DNA of 64,000 bases from Oikopleura dioica (Eukaryota > Animalia > Chordata), in NCBI GenBank assembly GCA_907165135.1, contig OU015566.1:4464001-4528000 (forward strand), read 5' to 3'. Within the stretch, counting starts at the first letter, position 1. Every line of letters begins with the position of its first letter. Below are positions 10,901 to 23,067 of this stretch, piece by piece. A program made the position numbers and the translations under genes. The notes under the pieces were generated by a model. It saw only the letters and a list, made by a program, of their open reading frames with translations, made no database searches and was not told the DNA's origin.

Positions 10901-10942
10901 GCCATTCCTTACGGCCGCCTTTGACGTTTGTCACGTCATTTA
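7936..10942 (-). CDS. SLC6 sodium:neurotransmitter/amino-acid symporter (SLC6A15-20-like); start codon unresolved
   Basis: Motifs [86 protein letters not shown]. Two frameshifts in homopolymers (10804-10808, 10122-10124). Confidence 0.93.
8520..8670. mobile_element. MITE family B (ccaatcag) variant in SLC6 intron
   Basis: ctgattggctcaaaa / ttttgagccaatcagaagcc inverted core, similar to 10388-10535. Confidence 0.5.
9640..9860. repeat. Palindromic short-unit (gtcacgaa/ttcgtgac) element in SLC6 intron
   Basis: Runs of tgtcacgaa and ttcgtgaca 9-mers in alternating orientation. Confidence 0.7.
10388..10535. mobile_element. MITE family B in SLC6 intron
   Basis: TIR tctggaaccgacaaaaatttcgac ... 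gtcgattttttgtcggttcc; two internal ccaatcag motifs. Confidence 0.75.
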
Positions 10943-11129
10943 CTAAAGGAAGGAGTTAGGAAGAAAAATCAAGGACAGGAGTCAAATCGCGGTGTTCAGG
11001 AGTGGGCGAGTACTACTGGTAGTGGTTACTGATAGACAATGTTTGCGCCCGACAAAAGCAAATAATAAAGGACACGGAAATTCCTGTGAAAACGAAAGAA
11101 CCCCGCAAGGCACAAGTCAAAACCCCACA

Positions 11130-11310
11130 AATCGATCCCCAAATTTGGGGTCCAAAAAATTTTTGGGCCGAAAGAAGGGATGGTATCTTGAATCAACGAA
11201 AAAATTTCGACCAACTTTGGGTGGGTAGCTACTCGGCTGCTGATTGACCAGTTTGTCGAATCCAGGCTTCTGATTGGTCGAAATTTTTTTTACGGTTCTA
11301 GAAACCTCCC
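11130..11310. mobile_element. MITE family B, diverged copy
   Basis: gctgattgaccagtttgtcgaatccaggcttctgattgg core matches other copies. Confidence 0.6.
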
Positions 11311-12078
11311 CCAAAAGAAGCCCTAAATATTGCTAACGAAAATCGCTGTCCAAGCCCCAAGTTGATCTCAGATCCGTTTTTATTCCTTTACAAATATTCT
11401 CAAGCCGTTTGGAATTAGACAGCTTGTAAAAACTAACAGTGAAATTCTATGACCGCCGAAATGCCAGGGTCAAAGTTTTCTTTTACCGAGTCCAAATCAA
11501 CCAAAAAAAGCTCTCTTTTTTCTTACCAAGGTTCGAGGCAAAAGCCATCTTAGAAGCGCTAGGTCACGTGACTGGAACCCACTTCTCTCTCTCTTTTTGG
11601 AATGTGAAAAATCTGCTTTTGGCTCCGACTTCCGGAGCGTAAATATTAAAATGAGGAGCGAGAGCAAACGTACCTCGCTACTTTTTGATCAAATAGACTT
11701 TTTCACGGAAAGTTTTGTGATGCAATTTCTTTAGTTCCGGCCAAAAAAGGGGGCCAAGGTGATTCTTTTTTTCCAGGAATTCATTCTAGATTAGTTTCTT
11801 ATAAGAAAACTAATTTTAAGGGAACCCCGTCAATTTTTTCAAAAACCGAACATTAATTTTTTGAATTTTTCAAATTTTCGCTTCCTTTTTAACCCTTAAA
11901 CACCCTTAAAACAGCCGTAAATTTTGAGGTAAAAACTTAAGGGTATACCAAAGTTAGTATTTTGTTGCCCTAGACCCTTATCTGAGCTACATTTTGATAC
12001 CAATATTAGATGGAAAGTTAAGGGGCAAGGGGGCGAAATCGCTGCTTGAAAAATCGAGGTCGGCGTTGAGATCCTTAA

Positions 12079-12450
12079 TAAATCAGGTAGATAAACGCGA
12101 CTCTGAGAAAGTGACCTTGAAATGAGCAGGTTTTCGTAAATTCATAACAACTCAAGGGTATTCTTTTCTCCTACTATTTGTGACTTACTGTAGCTGTTCT
12201 TTAGTTTGAAAATGATCTAACAAAGATCGAAACATGTCACAATAAAATCCAAAGAGAAACATTCAATCTTGGTCAACTTATACGATATAAATTTCAGTTA
12301 AAATTTTTTGTCGAATTGTCCGGAATTGTGCGTTATTTAATTTTTTCCGTTTTCCCTAAATGTCCGGAATTGTGCGTTCCGGAATTGTGCGTTACGACTG
12401 TAAATCAGGTAGATAAACGCGACTCTGAGAAAGTGACCTTGAAATGAGCA
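12079..12450. repeat. 50-bp direct repeat pair flanking about 270 bp containing ccggaattgtgcgtt x3
   Basis: taaatcaggtagataaacgcgactctgagaaagtgaccttgaaatgagca at about 12079 and 12401. Confidence 0.75.
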
Positions 12451-13160
12451 TGTGATAAAACTAACGGTTTAGGCAATTAAATCTTCATAATGCTGAGTTA
12501 TGTCTTTTTTTCTCTCAAGAGTCCAACAATGTCGTATAACGGAAGGCGTTATTTTACGTCGCAGAAGATAAATTATCTGGAATTTTTTGACTTGAAGTGA
12601 GAAAAAATAGCAAACTTGTGAAAAATGCCGCGGATGATGATGACAAATTTGATAACTTAGGGCTCTAAAATCAGATAATTGGAAAATAATTACAAAAAAA
12701 AACTGACAAGAGGGAAAATCATGGTCCCACACTGTTTTTCAAAAAAGAGAAATTTATGAAAACTGTCCATATTATAGGAAATTGGGCTTGAATTTGATTC
12801 ATGATTTATTTTATTCATTGTCAGTTTTTCGAATGATGATTGAATAAATACCGGTTATGACAAGCTATAATCACCAGAGTAGAAGGAAAAGAGGCAGATT
12901 TATTTTCCGGTGTGATCTTTTTCAATCACTTGCTTAGTCCAACTGACTTTCGGAAATTATGGCTTCCAGATAAGAAGTTTAAAAGAGGAGAGATATCAGA
13001 TTTTTTGAGATGCGAGGAGTTCAAATTCTTATATATTCGGGTTCACAAAAAGATAAAATAGAGTTCAAAGGGACATTGGCAATGACTCATTGCTTGATTA
13101 TTTTTTATTTTCTTTCGTTTAAATGTTAAAAATATAGGTAGGTACCCGCTGAAAAAAATA

Positions 13161-13491
13161 TAGAGATTGTCGAGCCCTAGATTAGCGCAAAATGCGATGC
13201 GCGCAAGAAAAAAAGACACCCCTGATGAAATGCTCGAAGCATTCAGACGAACTCCTAAACCCAGACGAATCGATGGTAGACCCTTTATTCCGATCCTTTT
13301 TCATCTTTTTCAGATTCTTGGGTCGACGAGTCAATTATCAATCTTTTGAGCCCGGGTTTTGAAGAAGAAGTTTTCACGAAAGCGTCGAAAGAATCGAAAG
13401 AATCGGAGAAAGAAAGAAGTACAGTCGTTACTGTTTGGAAGTGCTACCCTTTTAGCTGCTTTTCTTGCAAGCAAATTCGAACTGTCATGTA
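13161..13491 (+). CDS. 3' exons of an unassigned orphan gene
   Basis: Two exons joined in phase 1 (..KPRRID/DSWVDESIINLLSPGFEEEVF...CKQIRTVM*); upstream exons not resolved. Confidence 0.35.
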
Positions 13492-15549
13492 AAAAAAAGT
13501 GTTCAAACGAGACTGTAGTTTATTCGTAATTTCGGATTGATGATTTAAAAAATCATAAAGAATGATTGAGAGAAAAATCGAAAAGCGCCTCGGCTTCTCG
13601 TTCATCCTCGTCACCAAATTGGAGTCGATGGAGAGACGGGTGCTTCGAGTTGAAATCTGAAAAAAAAAGATGAAAAATTTTTTATGAAAATCGAAAATTA
13701 GCGATTTACCTTTGAGGCGCGCCATATTGGAATTAAATTTGCTCAAATCAAAGCCAAAAACAGCCGCGAAAAGGGCGAAAAGCTCAAATTTCTGAAATAG
13801 AAATCGGTTTTCGAAGTTTTTTTAAATTGAAACTTACCATTCTATTGGTATTTTATATCTCAAAAATTGTATTTTGACGGAGATGTGGTGCCCATCTTGC
13901 TTAAATAGGGCGAATTCGAGCGGTGGCAGTCCAGATGATCGGGATCGGAGCCGTGGATGGATGATCCATTTGCGCGGAATTAATTAAATCGCCCCCTTTT
14001 AGTAATGAATGGACCTTGAACCGTCCAGCATTTTCTTTTTAATTGATTACCGTACTTCAAACCAATTTATATGGCATCTTTTCCGATCGCTTCTATCGAT
14101 TTCAAGCTCAAATTTTTGAAAAATTCATGGCTCAATAGTCTAACTCAATTCCAAACAGAAGAAAATGAATAAATCCCATAATGGGCCATTATTAATGGCT
14201 GGCACATTTATATGAAGCGATTATATCAAACTGTTTATTCAATCTGAACATTAGGCAGTTGGAAGCATCCTTGATGGTCAGAATGGTTAATCAAAAATAA
14301 AGAAGACGACTCGGAGTGAATATCGTAAGGCGTTTTTTGCTATTTTAATAATGTTTTTTAATCTTGCATGATTTAACCATATGATGAACTCAATATTTAA
14401 GGATACGCTAAAAAGTCGACTAAGTTTTTCAATCTTAATGACCTTTTGTGTCCAATTTATCGCTTAATGAACCCATTATCTTTATTAATGCCGCTTATAT
14501 CATATTAGCAGCTGACACTGATTGAAAAATCTTCACCCTATATCATGTATTGTATGTTTCTCTTCCTTGATATCAGCAAAGATCGTCGACCGCGGCAATT
14601 TCGATTGGCTTTTCAGGCTTTTTTTCTTATCTCTCTTGATAAGAAAATTCAAACCCTCTGGAAACAATCAAAGTCGTTGGCGATGAAATTTTTGAGACAA
14701 AAATCATTGGCGGGAACGATTCGAGGAGCCAAGTTCCAGTTCTTTTTCAAGCAAGTGCTGAATTTTGTGCCGAGAAAAAAAAATTCAGCGGAAAATTTTT
14801 TTTCGTCTCGAAAATATTGTAACTGAAGCCGCGGTGGAAACATGAACAAGCATCGAGAGAGGCGGCAATTACGGTTGATGTGTTAATTCGATGTTCTCAG
14901 GAACAACATAGATTTTTGGCGGGCGAGCTTTTTTCGCCACGTCCGAACATTAAAAATCGACATTTTGAAATTCGAGACATGAGTTCTTTTTCCTGCAACG
15001 AGCGAAAACAATGTTTTCTTTCCGGGGGAATATTTTCACGTTTTTTTTTTCAAAAACGAGTTTATTTTTTGTTTTCAGTTTTCAGGTTTTGAGACAAAAA
15101 ATGAAATAAATAAAAAGCCCGCAAAACAGCGGCTTTTTTAAAAAAAAAGCCTGACTCAGGTTTTCTGCAAGCCTTTGTAACAAAGATTTTTCACGATTTT
15201 CTTAACGGAGATGTTTGCAGAAGATTTGATAAAAATCTTCTTTGAGACAAAAATTTAAAAACCATAAAATTTTTGTAAAAATTAAATCACCATGTTTTTC
15301 AACCAGTCCAGAATCGATAATCATTTTCAGAGTCAATACATACAAGGGACCACGCCACCGGTGTTAACCCCTGCAGAGACAGCTGCTGGCAGGGGTGGAT
15401 AATTTGAAATCAAATCATTATTCCATTTCCTCGATGAATCAGTCTGAAATTTTCAGGACTGATTCTAATATATAAAAGATGATAACATGCGAAATATAAA
15501 GCCGATTTATCAAGCCAAATCTCGGTGTGAGTTCTGAGTAAACATACCT

Positions 15550-15960
15550 TTCAAAATGTAATCAAGGGTGCATTGAGCCTGAGATTTGGATCAAGCTCAG
15601 CCGCGGATAAGCCACAAAAATGAAGATAAAGAGGATTCAAAAATATTTTTCGCTTAAACTTTTGAAGATGGTGAAGAGTCTTCACTGAAGACTCTCGCTG
15701 GATCTCTTGCAAAGTATCTGCAATTTGCTCGGATATTTTGAATACAATTAAGATAGTACGAATCCGTGTTACCCCGATTAAGCTAAGAATGATTTCACAG
15801 AGCGAGATCTACCGAACACGTGAAACAATGTGTGCGGTCTGCCTGTTATCTTCCGCGCTGTTACTGGTCGGCGGAGATATGTTCTTATCCTGCTTATTTT
15901 CGGCAGGGGGCAACATTTCTTCGCGTCAATTTTCGGGCGAGACGCGTTGATGATAAATTT
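15550..15960 (-). CDS. Candidate exons of an unassigned gene
   Basis: Two open frames joined by a 30-nt GT-AG intron (..HIVSRVR/LIGVTRIRTIL...LRLNAPLITF*). Confidence 0.25.
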
Positions 15961-16029
15961 TCATAACTCTCTTTTTTCATAAATTTCTAGAAAGAGTGAC
16001 ATCATCCTCCATTAAAATTCCCAACCTGT

Positions 16030-16240
16030 GTAGAATGCCTGACTTAAGGTTCGAAAGGCATAAAATGAAAAGCCGCGTAGCGGCTTTTTTAAAAACGAAG
16101 CCGCGAAGCGGCTTTGACAGATTGATTTTCTTATTTCTTGAAAGAATCTGGCGAAGCCGCTTTGCGGCTTCGATTTTAAAAAAGCCGCTACGCGGCTTTT
16201 CATTTTAGATCGCTTAGACCCTGACTCAGGTTTTTTACGA
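16030..16240. mobile_element. MITE family A (cctgagtcagg / cctgactcagg TIRs, internal aagccgc..gcggctt palindromes)
   Basis: Same family at about 15110-15180, 17812-17910, 26622-26760, 28625-28952, 29745-30130, 32555-32912, 37972-38080, 40402-40515, 42167-42390, 42846-42935, 43424-43625, 43905-44010, 45138-45250, 45948-46062, 46685-46850, 59672-59705 and 63940-64000. Confidence 0.85.
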
Positions 16241-16694
16241 AAGTTGCCAAACTTATTGAAATTCTAAATTTCTCCAGGAAAAAACCTAAGAGGGAAAAAA
16301 GCTTTTAGAAAAGGCGCGATAAAAAGCAGGACCTGTAGAAGCGCAAAGCTAAAGATGTAAGAGATGTGAGTCGATCCCGCCGCCGCCTCGTGTTTTTTCT
16401 TGAGCGACCGCGAAAATACTTCATCAAGGCTTGAAAGCTTATCAAGGTTTACGTCCGGATGTCGACAATCCGGGAGCTCGAATCTTCACGGCGAATCTCA
16501 CCTCCTTACAATGCTCAGACCTTATCTCCGTCTTTCAACCGAGAATGAACTGAACAATAAAAAAAATCGCCATTCTTGTATAATTTTTCCAGCTGAAATG
16601 AACCTGGTAGCTTCTAGAGGAATTAATTTTGACTCCTGCTCTTGAATTTTGTCAAATATTAATGTCGAACTGCTTCATTTTGAGGAATTTTTGA

Positions 16695-16935
16695 CCGAGA
16701 AAAATCGATATTTTTGCCAAAATTAGGGCAAATTCGTCAATTTTCGGCAAAAAGTCCTATTTTCAAATGCGATTTTGGGGGTGAAGGAGTTGAGAAAGAC
16801 CCCCAAAAAATGGTGTCTCAAATTCGTTTTTTTGACCCGTAGAATTAATTTCAGGGGTCAAAATTTAAAAATTCCGAAATTTGATTTTTTGAAAAAAGCT
16901 GCTTGGGGGTCCTTCAAAATTAACAAAGTTGAACT
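16695..16935 (+). repeat. Interspersed repeat family E
   Basis: Reverse-complement similarity to 56035-56120 plus 56954-57085 (tgcgattttgggggtgaa, ttttgacccgtagaat). Confidence 0.6.
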
Positions 16936-17090
16936 TTGATATTCAAGTTGGAAGCAATTTTTGCATTTCTCGACATTTTGTCGAGTACCAGGAGCATTAT
17001 TATTAATTCAGTAAGTTCTCAGCCGTAAGACCGATGGCTGACAAAAATGTCTTCTCAGATCAAAAATCTTGAAGCTTATCAAACAACAAA

Positions 17091-17410
17091 ATGCTTTTTC
17101 TTCCCTTTTTTATGCTGTTTTCTTTTTCAGTAGCGGTTAGGGTTCGGGCAAATCATCGTGATTTGAGCAGTGAGAGAAAGCTCGTGATCGCTCATAGAAT
17201 GTATCACGACTGTGAAGAAGGTTCGCTTCATAGCCATTCCGTTTTGATGACTAAAAGCCATTTTTAGCGGAGCTGCGAAGACTGGAAGTAATCACTCCTC
17301 AAGACCTGGACATCATCGAAGAAATGTGCTTGGAAGTACCAAATCGATTCCTGATCAAAATGGACGAAGCTCATCACCCAGATCGGTCAACTGATCTGGT
17401 CTTTCTCTGA
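17091..17410 (+). CDS. Small secreted orphan protein, RDLS-family copy 1
   Basis: MLFLPFFMLFSFSVAVRVRANHRDLSSERKLVIAHRMYHDCEE/AELRRLEVITPQDLDIIEEMCLEVPNRFLIKMDEAHHPDRSTDLVFL*; phase-1 intron 17221-17267. Confidence 0.75.
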
Positions 17411-18494
17411 ACACAAAATTGAGTGTTTTGACAGAATAAATGAGGTGAAACAATATGGAAGTAAAGTCGATTAGCCTTCTCTGTATTCATAATTAATGAA
17501 AGTACCAAATTCAATCTAACCAGAAGATCCTTGCAAACTGTTCTTGGAAAATGCGTTTTACTTTTTTCCTTATTTTTATGAAAATTGCTCCCATTGAGAT
17601 AGAAGGAATACCAATAGATCGAAAGCTGGAAATTGCGCATGGACTGTACTTTCGATGCGAAGATGGTAAATTATCGAAAAATCCCTAAAAAAATTTTTTA
17701 ATCAGAAATTGGCAAAAAATGATTTAAGCCGCAGTAGCAAGAATAGCGAATCTAACGCCTGATGACTTCAATCACATAACGACTCATTGCCTGGAACTCC
17801 CCAGAAATCGGCTCGAAAACCTGCGTCGAAAACCTGAGTCAGGGTCCTGTCATTCTCTAAAAGACCTATTCGGACCCTGACTCAGGTTTTCTACGCAGGT
17901 TTTTGAGCCGACCTCTAGAAGATTCGTCTTCGCAATCGACAATAAAAATTTCGATCTTGGGCCGAAATATCTTAAATAAACCAAAAATCAGAGTTCCTCG
18001 AATTCTACCCCCTTGATCCTTTTGAACTCTTAACTTGAGCTCCGTCTTATAAGAAATCCAACCCGACTTTATCAATTTTGAATTCTAAAAAGCCGTTTTC
18101 CAATCAACACGAATCGTAAGTCGATCTGGGGAATGACTCGGCGGGATGATAATTCCCGAGAAGGGACACCATAATTGCGGCGTGTTGGCACCACTCTTGA
18201 TCACTTGGGAATTTTTCATAAGCCCATTCTTCGTGTTTTTCTCACTGATCGTCTCACGTGGTCGCCCGGGCGTCTCTGAGGAAACCTGCCCATTTTCGCT
18301 CGCCACCAAAACAACGAAAAACCCTTTTACTGAATTCTTTTAGGCTTTTTAATCGGGCGAATAAAAATGAGCAAGAACAAATTATAAACGTGACATAAAA
18401 TTGGGAAAATGCAGTTTCTTTTCGCAATTATTGAATAAGAATTTACTCGTGGAAGTTTTACTGTTAGATTTACAGTTTGAAGTTTCTTCAAAAT

Positions 18495-19021
18495 TTAATT
18501 CTGTCGGTAAACACCCATTGTCGAGGCTTGAGCGTGCTTGAAATTTAATTGAGAACAAAAAATGGTTGAACTGAAATTTTAAGAAGAAAAAGGGACCCTT
18601 GTTCATCATCAAAATTCCTCCTTTGGACCCCTTGTTCATCCTTGGGCCACGTAGCCTTACCCCGTAAAAGACCGGCATCGTGACCGAAGTTGAACAAGGG
18701 GGTCCATGCAAAAATGAAGAGGATGAACAAAGGGCACCCCGATTTTACCTGATGATCATCGGAAAAATCATCATCAATGCAATTGATAAATTGGACTGGA
18801 ATTTCCAGACATCTCTCCGTTACCATGTCCAACGCCTCTCGAGTTATCTCTTCCAATGAATTGATCGCGTCTTTAAATTTATCACCTGTGCCATGAAAGC
18901 CAGTACCTTGCTCGCAATGAAGATACATCTCATTCGCGATTTCTACTCTTTCCGAGCTCAAATCCCTCGCTTCCACGAAAAGAACGAGAAAGAAAAAATT
19001 GAACATCATCTTTTTGAACAT
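18495..19021 (-). CDS. Small secreted orphan protein, RDLS-family copy 2
   Basis: MFKKMMFNFFFLVLFVEARDLSSERVEIANEMYLHCEQ/DAINSLEEITREALDMVTERCLEIPVQFINCIDDDFSDDHQ/HAQASTMGVYRQN*; same phase-1 intron position as copy 1. Confidence 0.75.
18585..18740. repeat. Interspersed repeat family D (gatgaacaaaggg) in intron of copy 2
   Basis: Related to 31245-31445. Confidence 0.55.
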
Positions 19022-20154
19022 TTTTTAGGAGAAAAACTGACGAGAAAATTCGATTTTGTCAATTATAAATTGACAATTTAAACATTTTTGAACAGAAAAT
19101 TAATTTATTTATTCGGGATTAAAAGGTGACAAAAATCAATAAATAAAAGGGACAAAAAAAGGTCATCTGAAAAATAAAAAGGGGCAAAAAGTGGACAAGT
19201 TTGCCGAAAAGATTGGTCAAATTTTTCTCCAACTAGATTATTTTTGTCAGGAACAACCCGAAAACGTGGATAAAAATTGTTGTCAATATTATTTACTTGA
19301 GTTTTAGCCTTGAGAAGATATATTATAAAGAACACATGTGGGAATCAACGAGTTTAATACTGTTAGGTTTACAGTAGGGTCGGCCAAAAAAAAATCGACC
19401 TCGTGTTTCAATTACGAATTATACATCATTAGAAAGAGGAAAACGAGACGATTCGAATGGTACTAACCATTTGTCTGTGCGAGTTGGGGAAATTTTTTTG
19501 AATTTTTTGAAAATCGCGATTTTTGTCACTAAAAACGTGAATCTTGGACGTTTCTAAATATCAAATTTTTGGCTACGCCAAATATCAAGCCTTGATTGGC
19601 AAGTGATTGCCGACTTCGGTCAAGTTTGGCCACTTATTGCCGGAGGACCTTCAAGAGGACCCCTTACTGGAAGAAAAACTACTGGAGGACCAATAATAGA
19701 AAAAAATATATAGCTTTTGAGGGCCACATACTGCCAATGTTGACCAATTTCGGTCACTTTCTGCCGGAGGACCTCCCGGAGGACCCCCTTACTAGAAGAC
19801 CAACTGCTTGAAGACCAATATTCAAAAAAATATATAAAAAGCCTTGCTTGGCCTCAAACTGCCATATTTGACCACTTTCGGTCACTATCTGCCGTAAACC
19901 TTCCGAAAGAACCCGGGTGAAAGACCAACTCCTGGAGGATTTGCGGCGTCTCTTAAGCCCGTCTCTTAAATTCAGTCAGGACTGTACCCACTGTCAGTGG
20001 GTTGCGCAGATAGTGCACCCCTAAAGAGCGGGTAAAGGGTGCACAAGTCACGCAATCACTTTGAGCAAGTCTAGAAATAAACAATAGAAAAAGTGCGGGC
20101 GAAGAGTGCACCAACGCCTCAATCTCGAATCATCAAATCTCGAAGCGGAGCTCG

Positions 20155-21390
20155 GCCCCCCCCTCTTGAATTCAGTTAAGTAAGGCGCAAAAACGACCCG
20201 ACGGGGAGGCAAGCCCCTTCTCTTTAATTAAGTCAGGTAAGGGGCAAAGCCGACCCGAAGGGCAGGAAAGCCCCGTCTCCTGAATTCAGTCAGGTAAGGA
20301 GCCGAGCCAACCCGAAGGGGAGGCTAGCCTCGTCTCTTGAATTCAGTTAGGTAGGGGGCCAAGCCGACCCGAAGGGGAGGCTAGCCTCGTTTCTTGAATT
20401 CAGTCATGAAAGGGGCCAAGCCGACCAGGAGGGGAGCCCAGTCCCGTTTCTTGGATTCAGTTAGGTACAGGGCCAAGCCGACTCGAAGGGGAAGCGAGCT
20501 CAGTTTCTTGAATTCAGTTAGGTAAGGGGCAAAGCCGACCCGGAGGGGAGGCCAGTCCCGTTTCTTGGATTCAGTTAGGTACGGGGCCAAGCCGACTCGA
20601 AGGGGAAGCGAGCTCAGTTTCTTGAATTCAGTTAGGTAAGGGGCAAAGCCGACCCGGAGGGGAGGCCAGTCCCGTTTCTTGGATTCAGTTAGGTACGGGG
20701 CCAAGCCGACTCGAAGGGGAGGCGAGCCGCATTTCTTAGATTCAGTTAGGTAAGAGGACAAGCCGACCGGAAGGGGAGGCCAGCCTTGTCTCTTAAATTC
20801 AGTCATGAAAGAGGCCAAGCCGACCCGGAGCGAAGGCAAGTCCCGTTCCTTGGATTCAGTTAGGTACGGGGCCAAGCCGACTCGAAGGGGAGGCGAACCC
20901 CGTTTCTTGGATTCAGTTAGGTACGGGGCCAAGCCGACCCGAAAGGGAGGCGAGCTTCATTTCTTGAATTCAGTCATGTAAGGACCAAAGCCGACCCGGA
21001 GGGGAGACAAGCCCCGTTTCTTGGATTCAGTTAGGTACGGGTCGGCTTGGTCCCTTACCTGACTGAATTTAAGAGACGGGGCTGGCCTCCCCTTCGAGTC
21101 GGCTTGCCGCTTACCTGACTGAATACAAGAGACGGGGCTGGCCTCCCCTTCGGGTCGGCTTTGCCCTTTACCTGACCGAATTCAAGAGACGAGGCTGGCC
21201 TCCCCTTTGAGTCGGCTAGGTCCCTTACCTGACTGAATTCAAGAGATGAGGCTTTCCTCCCCTTTGAGTCGCCTTGGTCCCTTACCTGACTGAATTTAAG
21301 AGACGGGGCTGGCCTCCCCTTCGAGTCGGCTTCGCCGCTTACCTGACTGAATACAAGAGACGGGGCTGGCGTCCCCTTCGGGTCGCCTTA
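20155..21390. repeat. About 60-bp minisatellite with an orientation switch at about 21040
   Basis: Unit like gaattcagttaggtacggggccaagccgacccgaaggggaggcgagccccgtttctt; about 15 forward then about 6 inverted units. Confidence 0.95.
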
Positions 21391-21544
21391 AAATCGTGCC
21401 TAAGCAAGCTCGCCAAGGTTCCTTAAGACAGTAAAGTCTAACGAAAAAGTCTTTTAGAAAAAAAATGAGTGAACATGAGTCAGCAGGAGCAAATGAGAGA
21501 AAAGTAGTGGCGATTCTCGGTTGTATTCATGTGCTCCGAGTGAG

Positions 21545-22330
21545 ATTCATAAGAGGACTTCTGATTCTTTGAGGATTATTCAAAAAGACATTTTGTGCAT
21601 CTTGAACCCTGTGTATGACTGTATGCAATTTTGAAAATCATTTAGTAAGCCTTTCTAATACAGACACTGACTTACAGATGATAGGTATCAGTTTGAGGAC
21701 TTCTGATACTTTGAGGATTATTCAAAAAGACATTTTGTGCATCTTGAACCCTGTTAATGACTGTATGCGATTTCAGAAGTCATCGACTAAGCCTTTTAAT
21801 ACAGACACTGACTTACAGACAACAGGTATCAGTGGGAAGAATTCTGATACCTTGAGGATTATTCAAATAGACATTTTGGGCATCTTTAGCCCTGTTTATG
21901 ACTGTATACGATTTTCGAAGTCCTTGACTAGGCCTCTCTATTACAGACACTGACTAACAGATGATAGGTATCAGTTAGAGGACATCTGATACTTTGAGGA
22001 TTATCCAAAAAGACATTTTAGGCATCTTTAGCCCTTTTAATGACTGTATGCAATTTCGGAAGTCATTGACTAAGCCTTTCTAATACAGACACTGACTAAC
22101 AGATGACAGGTATCAGTTAGAGGACTTCTGATACTTTGAAGATTATCCAAAAGACATTTTGGGCATCTTTAGCCCTGTTAATGAATGTATGCAATTTTCG
22201 GAGTCATTGACTAAGCGGTTCTAATACAGACATTACCTTACAGATCATAGGTATCAGTAGCAGGACTTCTGATGATGTCAGCATAATTCAAAAAGACATT
22301 TTGTGTAATTTGAACGACTAGAAACTACAT
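21545..22330 (+). repeat. About 142-bp tandem repeat (about 5.5 units)
   Basis: gaggacttctgat motif recurs at 21553, 21695, 21836, 21978, 22120 and 22261. Confidence 0.92.
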
Positions 22331-23067
22331 TTAAAGTGCTTAAGGTCATTCAAGACCTCTTAATGATACAGATGGAGACCAACAGATCCTCTGTTATTAG
22401 AGTCTCATGAATATCACTGATGATATCCACACAATACTTAGTTAATAATTTCTTATCAACGTTCAAACATATAGATAAGAATTTGAACCTTTTTGTCCTC
22501 TTAAAAGACTTTTTCTTCAATTTTAAGGCTTCGTAAAAATCCAGTAGTTTTATTTAAAAATTATTTAAAAAATTCCCCAATCCATATAGATATTCTGTAA
22601 GAGCAAAGTTATTCCTAAGTGTTTAATCTAACTTATGAGCAGAAATTTGGAATTGAAACATGTCTCTTTATTGATTTATGAATGAATGAATACCTGGGTT
22701 ATCCATATAAAAGGGTAATTGGCACAAAACACCCTTCCATAAAAATGGTACATGAGTTTTCTATCTCTTTTCTGTTTACTACCTGTACACTTTGAACCCT
22801 GCTCTATTATATTCTGTCATCAAATATATGATTTACCTTATATATATAGCGAATTTATTTTTTAAAGCAAGTATGTCAAATTCAAGTCCCAATTTTTGGA
22901 AAAAATGCCCTTGAGTGAGACCTGAGCATCGGATCTCGGCAATTTTTGGTTTATAAAGGTTTTGAGCACCGCGAGTCCACTGAAACTGGTTTCGAAAGGA
23001 TTGGAGATCAAAAATTTTTTTGGCCGACCCTAGTTTACAGTTTGCAAGATTTCTTTCAAAGGTCAGT

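Larger units (their letters stand above)
19375..23032. mobile_element. 3.66-kb non-autonomous hAT-like element carrying satellite arrays
   Basis: TIR TAGGGTCGGCCAAAAAA ... TTTTTTGGCCGACCCTA; 8-bp TSD GTTTACAG at 19367-19374 and 23033-23040; no transposase ORF seen. Confidence 0.85.

Noticed and set aside
20381-20932. 183-aa repetitive ORF; array resembling CRISPR
   Set aside because: A by-product of a 60-bp unit lacking stops. Units are diverged tandem copies without unique spacers, there are no cas genes, and the context is eukaryotic.
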